A stretch of 64,000 bases of DNA, taken from Balanoglossus misakiensis (lineage: Eukaryota > Animalia > Hemichordata). The notes under the pieces are model-generated. The model saw nothing but the letters and a program-made list of their open reading frames with translations. It searched no databases and had not been told where the DNA came from. The stretch spans positions 5,072,301 to 5,136,300 of the forward strand of contig CM082577.2 of NCBI GenBank assembly GCA_040954595.2, read 5' to 3'. Each line of letters starts with the position of its first letter. The stretch's first letter is position 1. Positions 40,601 to 53,500 of the stretch are shown piece by piece. A program made the position numbers and the translations under genes.

Positions 40601-43600
40601 TTCTACTGTAGGTGATGGGTGTGTACGGTACCAAAACACTGACTTTGACTCACCGCTCTCAAGTGAAGAGGTTCACTCAAGATATGTTAAAAGTTCTCAA
40701 GTCACAGGCTAGCAAACAGGTAAACACCATCAAACTGAATGCCAAACTCAAACAGGTTCCCTGTGCACCAGTATTGATGTTGAACGATTTAGTGCTGCAG
40801 AACCATCAGACGTTTTGGTTATGGTAGGGTAATGAGCTATCTAAAGGGAAATGATTTATAAATGATTATGTTATCATCATGACAAGATATAATGTACAGT
40901 CCATCTAACACTGTGCAAATGAATCCTTCAAAAATAAGCTTTCTTTATAAATGTTATAATCAGTTATAAAGTACCATTATCAAAAAAATTATTTTCTCAT
41001 CACTATCATAAAAGTAATCAAATTATGTGATTTTGATATTTTCTTGTCTTAGGTGTGTGTTGGTGATTTTCCATCAGCATACAGTCGCTGCTTTGGTCGT
41101 AACTGGGAAGTCGTCGACTATGGTGTGTGCGACCTGCAGGATCTGTTGCCTGAGATACCAGATAATACTGTAATGGTAAGATAGTACCAGTAGAAGGATT
41201 GAGACTCTACTAAAGATGACACCAATTGAGGATCAGAACACAAATACTGCAGTCTCCCTATATAGAACTTGTATTCATAAAAAGTACACTGTTTATAAAA
41301 ATTATTTATAAATCATCATTTCTTGGTTTTGAAATTTGTGTTGCTTTTCTTTCAGATATCTGGTGTTGGTGATGAAACCGTTGTTTCTATCCCCAAAAGA
41401 GGCAAGTCAAACTACTTTATGTTAAAATGAATTGCTCCTGAAGTGTAAAGTAGAGCATGAAAATCTAGAAACTGAAACTGAAATGTAAACCATTGAATTT
41501 AATCTTTGTAGACCAAACAGAGGAAGAGAAAATAAAGACCAAGAAGTTTGCCAAAGATGTGACTGATCTACTTCGACACCAGCCAAGATTTCGACTTGCG
41601 TTCTCCAAGTTTATTCCTGCATACCACCATCATTTCGGAAGGCAGTGCAGAGTGGCTGATTATGGATTCAACAAGCTCATGGAGTTGTTTGAAGCTGTTT
41701 CTGACACAGTTGAGGTTAATTATTTTCTGTGTGTCAAACTTTTTTTTCTAATAAATTCAAACTTGGCTGTCCATATATCTATATAAAATGGCATGCTTTT
41801 ATGAACATCACAAGAGCCACTTTGAGAGGTATATGGTGAGCAGTGGAAATATGCTCCAGCTTAAATAAGAAATTTCACAGAAACCATTAATATTAGTTTA
41901 CTTAATAATTTACTACTATTTGACATAATTGTAATTCCAAGATTTCTTTGTGTTTCAGGTGGTTGATCAAGGTGATGACAAAGTTGTGATCCTGACAGAA
42001 AATGAACAGCTGTCCATCATAGCCAGACAGACGATCCACATCCTGAAAAGAAACAAACCACAAAGCCTTCCAGTTGGGGAGTTCTTGTTGACATATTGCA
42101 AACAGTACGGACATCCAGTATGTCTGGATGACTTTGGTGTTGACTCAGTCGCCAATCTTATGGCCAAGTTACAGTGTGTTCTACAGGTTTGTGGTCAGAT
42201 TTTTATTCATGATGCAGTTAATTCTCGGTGGAAATTTTAAAAAAAATCAAAGCTGACATTGTTTGGCCAAGTGGCTAATGTTTCAGAACTGTTTTACAGC
42301 AAACACAAGATTATCGTATTCCCTCATTTGACCTCTAATCATTTTCTTCTGATTCTGAAGCCAGTTTTGTAACATAAGGTTTTACATGAATCTTACAGGT
42401 CATAGGTGAAGGTGACCAGGCTACTATCTGCCTGATAGACCGGACATGTCTACAGGAGTTTGCCCACCAAACATTGGTGTTATTGATGGAGGAAGAACAC
42501 GGCAGACTGACCATAGAGCAATTCATTGATGCATTCTACACAGTGTGGGGACACAGAGTTGTACCCATTGAGTACGGATACAGCAAACTAACAGACTTAC
42601 TCAAGGCAATATCCAATGTTGTCAAGGTAACCTTTCTTGTTGCAAACTTGTACACTACAGAACCACAGTATCCCCAAATTTGTATGGTCAATTATCTAAC
42701 AAACTTTGCACTCTTGCTACAGTGTTATTGGCAAACCAAATTCTTACTATTTTTAGGGAAATGCAATAAATGTTTTATATGCCTGTCCACTTAGCTTGGC
42801 TACAAGTTTAACTGAATATGACCCAGCCCTGTGTTAAGGAGTCTGATCATTGTTGCTGCAGGTACGGAGTGAATGGACGGAGAATTGCTACGTTGAATTG
42901 ATCCCTCTCCACCAGTTTGCCAGGAAAGTTCGTCTTCTCCTACGGAAGCACCATGGTGCAATCTCTTTTGCCAAATTTGCCGACGCCTACCACCAGGAGT
43001 TTGGCTCCAACTTGCAGCCTTCCCAGTACGGTTGCGGCAATCTGACCGCGTTGCTGGCCCTGGTACCACAGGTTGTGTCCATTGCCGGCCGAGGACAGGC
43101 CAAGACAGTGACTCTCAATCCAGATTTGAAAGGTAGGCGGGAAAGCATGCGTGTAAACAAAAATCAAGGAGCATTGTTCTATCTGGAATCATAGAGAAAT
43201 CTATCAAAGACAAGTTGAATGTTTCTCAAGAACTAGAATTCGGCTTTATTTGCCTGAAGTGCACAAACCATAGACGACACTAACAAAAGTTGAGTATTTC
43301 TCACCGACAAACATGATCATCTCAATTACAGAGAAGCCTGTTCATGACACGCCTACCTGAACCCTTTCACCCCCAGTTCTCTCTTTAGAGGTCCAACCTC
43401 AACAGGGATGGCAATGGGTTTGGACTGAGCTGTTACTTGTTTTGTATTGCAGGACGAGGAATGAAACGCCCAACAAACAAGCCGAATAACGTGGAAAGAA
43501 AGGATAGTAAGGAGGATGATCAAGATGATGTCATCATTGAAGGAGAAGGTATATTGAGTGTCTTACTTTGTGGAGTACTATTCTCACTTTCATCCAGCTC

Positions 43601-45124
43601 TCTAATTAAACTACCGTGAGATTTTGATTGACCTAATGTAGGATGGCGTTGGAGAATACTTAATTTGAAGTGTATTACGTAACTCCTGAAAACTCGTGAA
43701 AGGCTAGATTTTTAGTGTGGATGAATACACCCTTATTATTTGACATGACATAAATGCATTTGTTTATTTCAGTGGAAGAAAGATCTGAGAGTGGAAGCAG
43801 TCAGCAACAGTCACCAGTTTCTGATATTGATAAAAGTAAGCATGCAGAGCGCCACGATTGTCTGTGTCTGCAAGTCCTCCTTGCGTTTTGTTTCTGCCAA
43901 TTCATTTTAATGCTGTGATGGTGTGCTAATTTAGTTTATCACGATATGATATTTTTTTTTTTTCATTTTCGCCTCTGTTGAAAAATGACACATATATATT
44001 TACAGGCTTGGAAGTACTTGGTCAGGTCTGTAACTCAAGGGTGGTTGTGTTGTATCTTTAGATTTTGCATTACCCATGTTTTGTTTTCTTCATTTTTTTG
44101 CATGTCTATATTATTTATTTTTTTCTGTGTAGCTTTGTTGGATTTGTCCTCTCCCGGTCAATCCCCAGAGGATCTGCTGTGTAATGGACCTGTACCCTCT
44201 AGTGTACCATCACCAATGTTAAAACCGGTCTCTATACCGTCTCAGGAAAGAGACCTTATCTGCTTTGACTCTCCTCCACCTCATTCAGCAGGTACATATT
44301 TGATCATTTGACCAATAAGTTATAACTGACCAATAACTTTTCTGACCAAAACAGTGAACCAATTTTCACCAGTAGGTCTGTCTCTGACCGAAAAGTTCCA
44401 GTACTGTAAACATCTGAATTCTGAACACCAAAACATTGTTCAACGTGAAACCCGCGGCTTTCTGCAAATACCACCTCCTCTACCCAGATTCTGCTTTTTA
44501 TTGATTTGAAGCTATATGTGTAATCTGCAAGTTGTTTTGCTGTGTAAGCTTCTATCTCATATTTTGTTCACGTGTTTGGTATATTCAACATTTCAGGTGT
44601 TGAGTTTTATCACCCAGATCAGACACATATGGAAAATGTTATTTTACAAATTTTACCTAAATGAATGCTTCCATATATATTCTAAAATTGATTTGGTTGA
44701 TTTCTTTCCCATATTTTTAGGCCATTGGAATGGCAAAACGCATGGAATTCCTCACCATACAGCTAGGGCCCATCTCCTGGATGCAGGAAACTGCCACGAC
44801 ATCTTCGGCGATTTAGCGCCCAACAACGCACAGAGTGGGATGCTCTTCAATGAAGGGCTACTTCAGCATTGTCCCATCCTTAACCAAGCTACGAGTGAAA
44901 CCAGCGACGGAGCACGTGGGGCTACTACAGACACTGTAAATAGCGCTGACTGCACACAGCGCACCCCATTCGACAGGAATTTGGTTTGCGACGCATCAAG
45001 TGATGACGCACGTGTAGAAAGCCCAGCTGGACCCAGGATCCGCGGTCAGAGTAAGCCATCTCACAAGGGCAAATCCAAGCGGAAATTAGCTGCTAATTTT
45101 TCCGTTTCTGTGCATCGGCAGTGA
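31686..45124 (+). CDS. MARF1: Meiosis regulator and mRNA stability factor 1 (limkain-b1): NYN endoribonuclease, 2 RRM and about 8 LOTUS domains
   Basis: NYN domain [13 protein letters not shown]...[16 protein letters not shown]...VVLISGDVNF (about 34310-35200); RRM1 about 35590-36050; RRM2 about 37790-38160; LOTUS repeats such as [30 protein letters not shown] (40279 and 41512 exons); C-terminal KRKLAANFS, stop 45124. Start ATG 31686 is inferred from a phase-compatible exon (AAAG|gtaag 31707 to ccag|GG 32586). Confidence 0.95.
43359..43430 (-). mobile_element. Partial copy of the piggyBac-like MITE
   Basis: aaccctttcacccccagttctctctttagaggtccaacctca...caatgggtttg is the reverse complement of much of 25823-25914. 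Confidence 0.65.
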
Positions 45125-47755
45125 TCGAAAAAAATAAATGGCTGGTCCAGACGTTTGCTGCTGATGACGTGGTGAAGATTCTGATCTAACCCTTCAAATA
45201 GATTGTTCTATTTTCACCAGCTTAGGTTTGGTGCTGTGAGATGCAGTGATTTGCATCATTAATGTTGTGTAATTTTCTTCAGCATGTTACGTTATGATAC
45301 GACATTATATGTACAGAAATGAGTACATACTGCAGTCCATATTTTTCCTATTGTACACCATGGAAGGCATGAAATCTGTGTTCCTTTATTAAAAGTGCAG
45401 CAAATTCCAGTTGAATGTACTGAATGTTTCATAATCATGCCAAAAGAACTTTTGGTGACAAAAATCATTTTCTATACTATTTCCAGTGATTGTGCCAAGT
45501 GTTGCTTTTTTCAAAATGTGTCCAGTTTCATGGGAACTCTGCCAAAGTTTGAAATCCTAATGGTAACCTTTGACACTTGTGACATCACAGTTATGCTGTG
45601 GTGTGATTGGTTGACATGCCTTGTGTATGCCAGCAAGCCAACCAGCCATTAAAATGCATCAGTGCAGACATTGACATGATCCCAGCCCACTTGATTTCAA
45701 ACTGACAGCAAACCATATTGGGTTGATTTTACAGAAACCTCATTCTTACATGTAGGTATGGCAACATTTCCAGCATCTGGAGTTTTAATCCAGCGATGGC
45801 AGTTTTAAAGACTGGATCAAAATTACTGTAGATCATAAGCATGACTATTGTGGAAGCCACGAGTTAAAGAGGTCCTTGCATCTGACATGTGTTATTTCCT
45901 GCGCCCCATGGAAGGCCACTGGTTCAGTCCCACATTCTCATCCATGGCTTTGACATTGCGCTCTTTGATGTTACAACTGCAATGTGTTTGCATGCAGCAG
46001 TTGAAAATTGCTACTGCCTGGAAGGAAATTTCAGCATTTTGATGAAGGTAAATGCTGATGCATAGGTGTGTGTACCTGTCTAGTATTTTTCAAGTACGGT
46101 TAGCCAGGAGAAGCACTGTCATTTTGTCGGAGAACGCACCACAGTGTTTTGTGCCAAGCCCAGCATAAGCTTTTCACGGTCGTTGTTCTCTAAAATATAT
46201 ACACAATGTTAGCAATTAAGCCAGGGTAGAATTTACCCGCTAGTAAACAAGTCAAATTGCATTGTGTGGCATAACCAAAATTGTAAGAGTTGTACATCAG
46301 AGGGATCAGAAGGCAGTTTAAAGAAATACAGAATTTTTACCCTATGGGGCTTAACATCTGAAAGAGGAAGCACAGCTAAATCTTTGTAATGTCAAAAACT
46401 ATTTACGTCAGATTCTTGAATAACAGGACAAGGTAAATTCTCTGGACCTCAGTAGTGGCTTCCATATCGAAATGTTTTATCCACAAGAATTTTCATTTTG
46501 CACATGGCAATTTGTTTTGTTTTTTTGAAATTAATTTTTGTATTATTATGGAATGTTTGCCTGCGATTGGCTGACTTACACTTGTATGTGATGTGAAAAG
46601 TTTCTGAAGTTTTCAGATAGACTGTCTCCTGTCTACAATCGTGTTTGTAGATATGATAGTTTGAATAGATGTGTAGTGTGGATAAAAAGGTATGATCTGC
46701 AGTAGTTATATGGCTTGCTGGTGTCAATCTGTGGCATTACAGGGAATTCCCACAAGTTGAAAACTCTTGTAAGGGACCGAAATGTGAGACGGGTGCTCGC
46801 AGAATTGTAGAGGCAGCTTAAAAGTGATGGGATGGTTTTGCTCTCTGGTCGTGTTCATCATTGTTGATGGAGATGTTCTGTTGCATCTGATGTCTGCGAA
46901 ACACAATCTTGGTACTCTTCTGCTTTGGCAGCAGTGTGCGTATTTACATAAATTAATCTTGTCTCAGAAAATTGTGCAATTTGCATACAGACAAGCAGGG
47001 TGTCTGTATCTGTCATGGGTACCCTCCTGGTTTTGTTCAGCAGGCAAGGTTTACAAAGCAACCCAACGTCTTCAACAAGAAGGCTTCATGTTCCTGATGT
47101 TCTGAGTTCCTGTAAATTTCACCATGTTGAACTTGTATATGTACATTTGTGATTTACACTTGTCATAGAGCACATTATCGAAGCAACATATCATTTTATA
47201 TTGTTCTGTTACTGTTGTTCCACACGCCTGGTGTTTAATTTTTTTCTTGCTTGTTCTTCAGAGTCTAGCTGGGTGTCACTGATGATGGTCAATATGTTAC
47301 GTCAATATATATTAAAATGTGCACGAAAATCAACCCCCGAGTGTGTGTGTTATTTGAGTCTACATTTCATGCACATGCTAGCATTTCCTTTGCACTTGTA
47401 TTTTCTACCAGAATGTTCTTGGTCCCTCAGTCATGGAGAACCGTGGCCAAAAGAAGGAATGAATTCCCCATAACATGTAATGATCAAGGTTCTAAAGATT
47501 TTTATTGCTCAGTAACACAAGTATTATTACACAACAACTTATTTCAGAGCGTTTATTGTACAACAAAGTCCAAATCATATTTGCACTGAAGCTACAACTC
47601 ACAAAGCCGGCTGTATGGATGGTGTTACAGGTTTCTGTACATAACACTACAAAAAAGATCATTTATCTACAACTGGTAATCATTTGAAAACTCCCATTTC
47701 ACACACTAAATTCATAAATAAAACACAGCATCTGCCCATGTCTACTGCTGAACGA

Positions 47756-48817
47756 CTACACACTTGTTGGCGGTCCGGTTTTGCCTGCTTCATATCTCAC
47801 AGGAACTGTCAAAAGAAGAAAAAATAGATAAATTGTAAGTTTTATACAGAGTGTGTGTATATATGAGTCTACCAGAAGACACAGTGTAATGATTACACTC
47901 ATGTATATAATGAGAACAGCACGTCAAGTTTTTACACATGATATGACAACATGATAAGCAAATCTGAGAACACTCGCTGCTCACAAAGGTAGTATCGGTG
48001 ATGCAACATACATACCTGGATAATCCCATGGCATACTTGCATTTCCCTGCACAGAGTACTTGGTCAGTGGACTAAGATACACTAGAATAGGACCTGTAGG
48101 AGGATAAAATGAGTATGATGTTGACTTGCATGATTGATCAGCAGTGTTTGATGATACATGGCCTTGGTGTAACATTTCTATGCATGTGTCATTGGAAAGT
48201 GGTCACAGTTGTAACTGACAATGTAGATTTCATCCTGATAAGTGACGCCATGTATGTACATCAAATTCACATACCAACTATTCCAGCAGCCGCAGACACC
48301 AAAATGACTGGTTCCTTGTCCAGTGCATGTTTAAAAAAAGGGAAAATGCCTGGCAAAGGAAACAAAAGGGGGAACTGTTAGACATACACAGTAACACTGA
48401 CCTATGCTTAGCTGTGTAATAACAGTCCCTGTGGCTGTGTGCTACTGAAAACACAAAGCAACCTAACTTGACCCCGCCATGACCCTGTTAACCAGCTCTC
48501 CCAGGGTCACTCTCATCTTTCAAATGTCAAACTCCGGGTATCTGCCATATCCCCATCGTCGTAAAACCACGACCTGTTTACGGCAACTGCTACGCGCTAC
48601 CGCCAACCGTTTTTTGCGTAGCTCCGCGGAGCGGAAACACGGTCGGCTCTGGCTTGCGAGAATGCCATATCCCATATTAATTTAACTACACATAAAACAT
48701 CATTAGCATTTTGGGGGAACAATTTGTGTCACGATTGTAATTTCAAAACGAGAAGCAGACTAAACTGGTATATTTACCTCTTCTGAGGGCTTCCCGAAAC
48801 GTTTGTGGAGCAGCCAT
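47756..48817 (-). CDS. NDUFA3: NADH dehydrogenase (complex I) 1 alpha subcomplex subunit 3 (B9)
   Basis: Four micro-exons, 48817-48778, 48349-48275, 48093-48016 and 47805-47756, all phase-1 GT-AG, give MAAPQTFREALRRGIFPFFKHALDKEPVILVSAAAGIVGPILVYLSPLTKYSVQGNASMPWDYPVPVRYEAGKTGPPTSV*. This matches the vertebrate NDUFA3 motifs DKEPV, LSP..KYSV and P..YPVPVR. Confidence 0.9.
48554..48663. mobile_element. 110-bp dispersed element in NDUFA3 intron 1 with a 10-bp TSD
   Basis: Same ends as 604-679; flanked by GCCATATCCC at 48544-48553 and 48664-48673. Confidence 0.75.
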
Positions 48818-49047
48818 TTTAGCCCCTGTTCGTGTTTTCTTACCTCTAAAGCAACAGAGGTCAACATAAGGTCAACATGTAATTTGTAATGTTGATGGAC
48901 ACTTTTCAAGGTTAATATAAGTTTATTAAGATGTGATTTATAATATTTCTTTATGAATATTCATATTCTAGGGCACGAGTATAATTCCGTATTTTGGGGG
49001 ATTTCGACCTAGTTTTTCAATTTTCCCAGAATTCCATACAAATAAAA
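48818..49047. promoter_or_regulatory. Bidirectional NDUFA3/GFER promoter containing a DR5 nuclear-receptor element
   Basis: 230 bp between divergent ATGs; AGGTCA-acata-AGGTCA at 48858-48874; YY1-like AAAATGGCGGC over the GFER start. Confidence 0.7.
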
Positions 49048-50131
49048 ATGGCGGCCTCCAGAGATTTCTTCTCGGGCATGCATTCTGCTGAGGACGACGG
49101 CAGCTACTACGGACATAGGGGGAAACCAGACAAAAAGAAACCATGTAGGGCCTGCACCGATTTCAAATCTTTCGCTAAAGCGCGAGGTATTGAGTTATCC
49201 CAGAAAACACTTCAACGTAAGGTATGTAAACAGTGTTCCAACTTCCATCAAGGATGACACCACCAAGGTGGGTGTGACTGTGAGTTTGCCCCGCCCCCTT
49301 GCTTTGCCAGAATATTTGGTATTTCACTCTGATAAGAGAACTGTGATACTGATCTTCCACATGTGAGTTACATCATTATATTGGGCGCTAGTCACCCCTG
49401 GACAAATTGTTAGGGGTGCTAAGTTGCTAACATGTCAACAGGATGAATACCCCCCCCCCCCCAAAAAAAAGAAAGAAAGCCCTTGATGGCATATTTCATT
49501 AATCGTTCTCATTTTAATACGAATCATACATGGAAAGATTACAAAATACAATGTGCAAGCTTAACTAACAATACAAAAAAAATCAGATCCATGGAATATT
49601 TTTAATTCTCTATTTTTAGGAAGTAACAGATGAAGCAGAATGTCCATTAGACAGAGAAGAGCTTGGTCGCAACACCTGGTCATTTTTACACACCATGGCT
49701 GCGTATTACCCTGACAAACCATCACAACAACAGCAGAACGATATGACACAATTTGTACACTTGTTTTCAAAATTTTTCCCGTGTGATGACTGTGCAACGG
49801 ACCTCAGGAAAAGGTAAGCTTGATGACTGCCAAACCCCAGTCATCATAGCCAGCATGCCTGGCTTTGTGATAGTGAAGTGTTTAAGAGCAGCTTCATCGA
49901 TGTCAGACCAAAAATCAGCCCTTCAAGTGAAATAGGAAAGTACACTCTATGGTCTCCTTCTCTTGCAGATTACAAACGGACACTCCAGACACCAGCAGCA
50001 GACACAATTTTTCCCAGTGGATGTGTAGACTACACAACTCTGTCAGCAAGAGGATTGGTAAACCAGAGTTTGACTGTTCCAAAGTCGATGAACGCTGGCT
50101 AGAGGGGTGGAAGGATGGGTCATGTGACTGA
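49048..50131 (+). CDS. GFER: FAD-linked sulfhydryl oxidase ALR/Erv1
   Basis: Exons 49048-49221, 49620-49813 and 49969-50131; shuttle motif [34 protein letters not shown], redox CDDC, CRLHNSV...[24 protein letters not shown]. Confidence 0.96.
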
Positions 50132-50587
50132 CACATGATCGGATTACAGTCTTGTTCGGGTCGAAGATGGAGACTGCTTGATAAATTTACATTCTCGATG
50201 AGCGAGTACTCGTGTCAGGCCTCAAAGTTGAGAGCATTTTTGTCTAATAGGTGTCCTGTCGAAATTTTAGAGGTGAGAGGTGTGCCAAACTTGTTCATGT
50301 TGGTGCACGTAGTCATGCAACCCCTAAGACTACATGTCCAAACAAAAATGTCCTTTTTACAGACTATATGTGTTCAAATAATCAATATTCTCCATACTAG
50401 TGAAATGAACATGATAAATCAATGCATAACACATCACATTGCCATATTACATTTTTTTTATTTCCAAATGTGAGTTATAAAAAGACATTTCAAATCATAA
50501 ACTTTATACTTGTTTTTTATTCTAATTTATATATAAAAAACAATCATCATCAGTTTGCTTGACCTTTGACATGACATTCACATGGTT

Positions 50588-53500
50588 CTAATCTGGCAAC
50601 ATATTCAAGTTGAAAAGATGTCGCATTGTAGGCCTACCATGAGGACAATTCTAAGGAATGAAAAGAAAGAAATATTTGTCAGCATTACAGGGTTAAAGTG
50701 CTCTCTCTAAGCAATGATGGTACACATCGCATGCATGAGAATTTACCATTCATGTTTATATACAAAGCACTTTGGAATCCATGTTTCCATGTTATTCTGT
50801 GGGATTGTGGAATTTACGCAAATTTGTCAACCCATGGCCTGCCTGTTTTAACCCTGTCACCCCCAAGTTCTTTGTATAGAGGTCCAGCTTTACCAGCATA
50901 GAAAGCAACGGGCTTGAACCAATCCATGGCGGTGAAAGGGTTAAGGACCTTGGGCTAGGGAGCACAAATCTCAGGTACAGTTGACATTGGGTCTTCCATG
51001 TTGATCAGATGTTTATACATGTAAAGTCAATGTGGTCATGTTCAGAGTCCAATAACAAAGAGTATGGCCACAACACCTCCAATCATTCTGAAGGTTTTTG
51101 TTGAAAATATACATGAAGTTGTAGTAGTTACAGTTCTTCATAAGGGTTCAGAAACATAGATTCTATAATGTTAGGTCTGATGGGTATAATAATTGTAAAA
51201 TATAAGACAACTTTTTGTATAACGGTTTTGTGTAATGACTGGTGAAGAAATAAAGACCACAATACTAACCCATGGTTGTTCTATTTCTCCCATGTGACAA
51301 AGAAGCTGTGAAATAATAAATCTCAAAGTTATTGTGATGTGGTTTTGAATGTCAGAACAGCTGTATGTATCAGCGTGTAATTCCCTGAATATTCCCCCCC
51401 CCCACCCCAAAAAAAACTTATAAAACTCTGCAATGCATGTGAATTATTTCATGAAAGCTGTGTTACCTTGGCCATCTCTGCTTTGTTGAGAGCTGTACCA
51501 ATCATGACGGATTTCCTGCACGCCCTTGATGCAAACATCTGGCAAACTCTGGAGGGCCTGCATGTCACACCCTGTACAAATTGTAAGAGGGACAGAGCCT
51601 ATGATTAATCAAATTTCCTACATCTGATGTACTGCATGTTTCTTTAATATCCTGATAAAATTCCTTTCGATCAAACCCTCCGATCCCGCCTCCAGCATTT
51701 TGAATTAGAAAACAAAAGACTCCTGGACTTACAGGAGCATCACTCAGCATAAAGATGAGTTCATCTATATCTTCTTTACCAAAGGTCCAGTTCTTGCTGA
51801 TCGGCAATGAGAGCAGTTTTACCCTCTGAGTTGGTTCAGCTAAAAAAATAAAAACAAAAACAGCAGACTTTTAACTGGTGATGATGAATAGATGAAACCA
51901 AGTTGACTTGATTTGACTAGGTACAAATAAACTCATCAATATATTGAAGACTGATTATGGAGTGACTACCATTCCACAGGACTCACCATTTTCATCAATG
52001 ACAAAATCAAAACCATTCTTCCTGAATATTTCGAGATTGTCAATCAACACGGATTCATTGACTGATGTCAGCTCAAGACTCTGTGGCCTTAAAATAAAAG
52101 ATAAATTACAAATGATTAGCAAAAATAAATAGAAACACAATGTAATGGACAGGTACGACAGGATATAATTCACAAACAAATTGGAAAGTTAGAAATTGCC
52201 ATTGCTTACAGTATTAGCCTCTGACTTTGTAATGTTGTGTGTTTCTGTAACATTTCAAAGTTGTACTTCTCATCTGTTGCATGCTGGAAGATATAGTTTG
52301 AAGATATTAAATGAAGCAGAATTGTGAAGAAGCGGGTTTTTTTTGTATATCAGTATTTCCTAGAGATCTCCAATATATATATATATAACAATAGATTTCT
52401 GAAAGATCTCTGATACTTTCTGTAAAGAGTCGAATTTTGTTACAGTCGCTGTAGCCCTACTGTCTTGATTCAACTACTCAGGATATCAAGTGTCCGAATC
52501 TCATAATGTTCATGTACATGTATAATGCTACCAAGGTGTGTTACTCAATGATGCATTTAGGGGTCAAAATTTACACTACTCTCACCTGATCGATGATGAA
52601 TAAGTCTTGTTTGAGTTTGGCGATGATAAAACCAAGATTGAACTGGCCAAGTATCTCCATTTTGCTGAACATTTCTTTGCTGTTTATGTATGAGAGAAAA
52701 ATACATAACATTACAGTCTTCCAAGCTCAAGTGAAGGCTCATTCATCAATCTCAACGCCTGATCTCATTCCATACCTAATTTCTCTCTGCAGTTCCTCTT
52801 CAGCTGCTGCATTATCACTGGGTGAAATAGCAGCACGGAACGACCTTGCCTCAATGTCAGACTTGGACTGGCTCTCAGCTGCTGAAAACAAAGAGTGATG
52901 CACTTTTACTTTTATCTGTGTGTTTTTGTACATCTCTAGAGGGTTACAATAAAGCACACTTCAACAAGTGCTGAGTTTCCTGAAGGCTTAACAATCATTC
53001 ACATACAGGGATAGCAGTTATTCTAGTAAATTCTACTTGCATCACACATTACCTCTTTGAATTTTTTTCTGCAGATCTGACAAACAGAAAGGTACTTTTA
53101 CTTCTTTCCTTTTAATTCCAACCTCTCTATCCTGTAGATAGTGAAAGAGTATTATTATTTACAGATAAAAAAGGCACTGATTAAAAATCTTCCTATTCAT
53201 AAAGACTTCTGAATAATGAAATAAATAACCATATCATATAATATTTATCAAAGTATTTCTTGAAGGGCAGTTTACCAAACAGAAAAAATATGCATGATAA
53301 CTTATTACTTTACTGCTGGAAGATTTCTTTCCTGTACTGAAGACTGAGTCAGAGGCAATCAGCTGGGCTTCCTGCGAATCCCCGTCTTCAATTTCAACTT
53401 TGCATGGCAGTGTTTCGTTATCTTCCACTCTTTTGTTACTTGACAACACAGTACTGGAAGTATTTTCTCTTGTGGCAGTGAGTTCTTGGTCTCTTGCTGG

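Noticed and set aside
45395-47690. Short ORFs downstream of MARF1
   Set aside because: AT-rich, UTR-like sequence with no homology or exon structure; best read as long 3' UTR or intergenic DNA.
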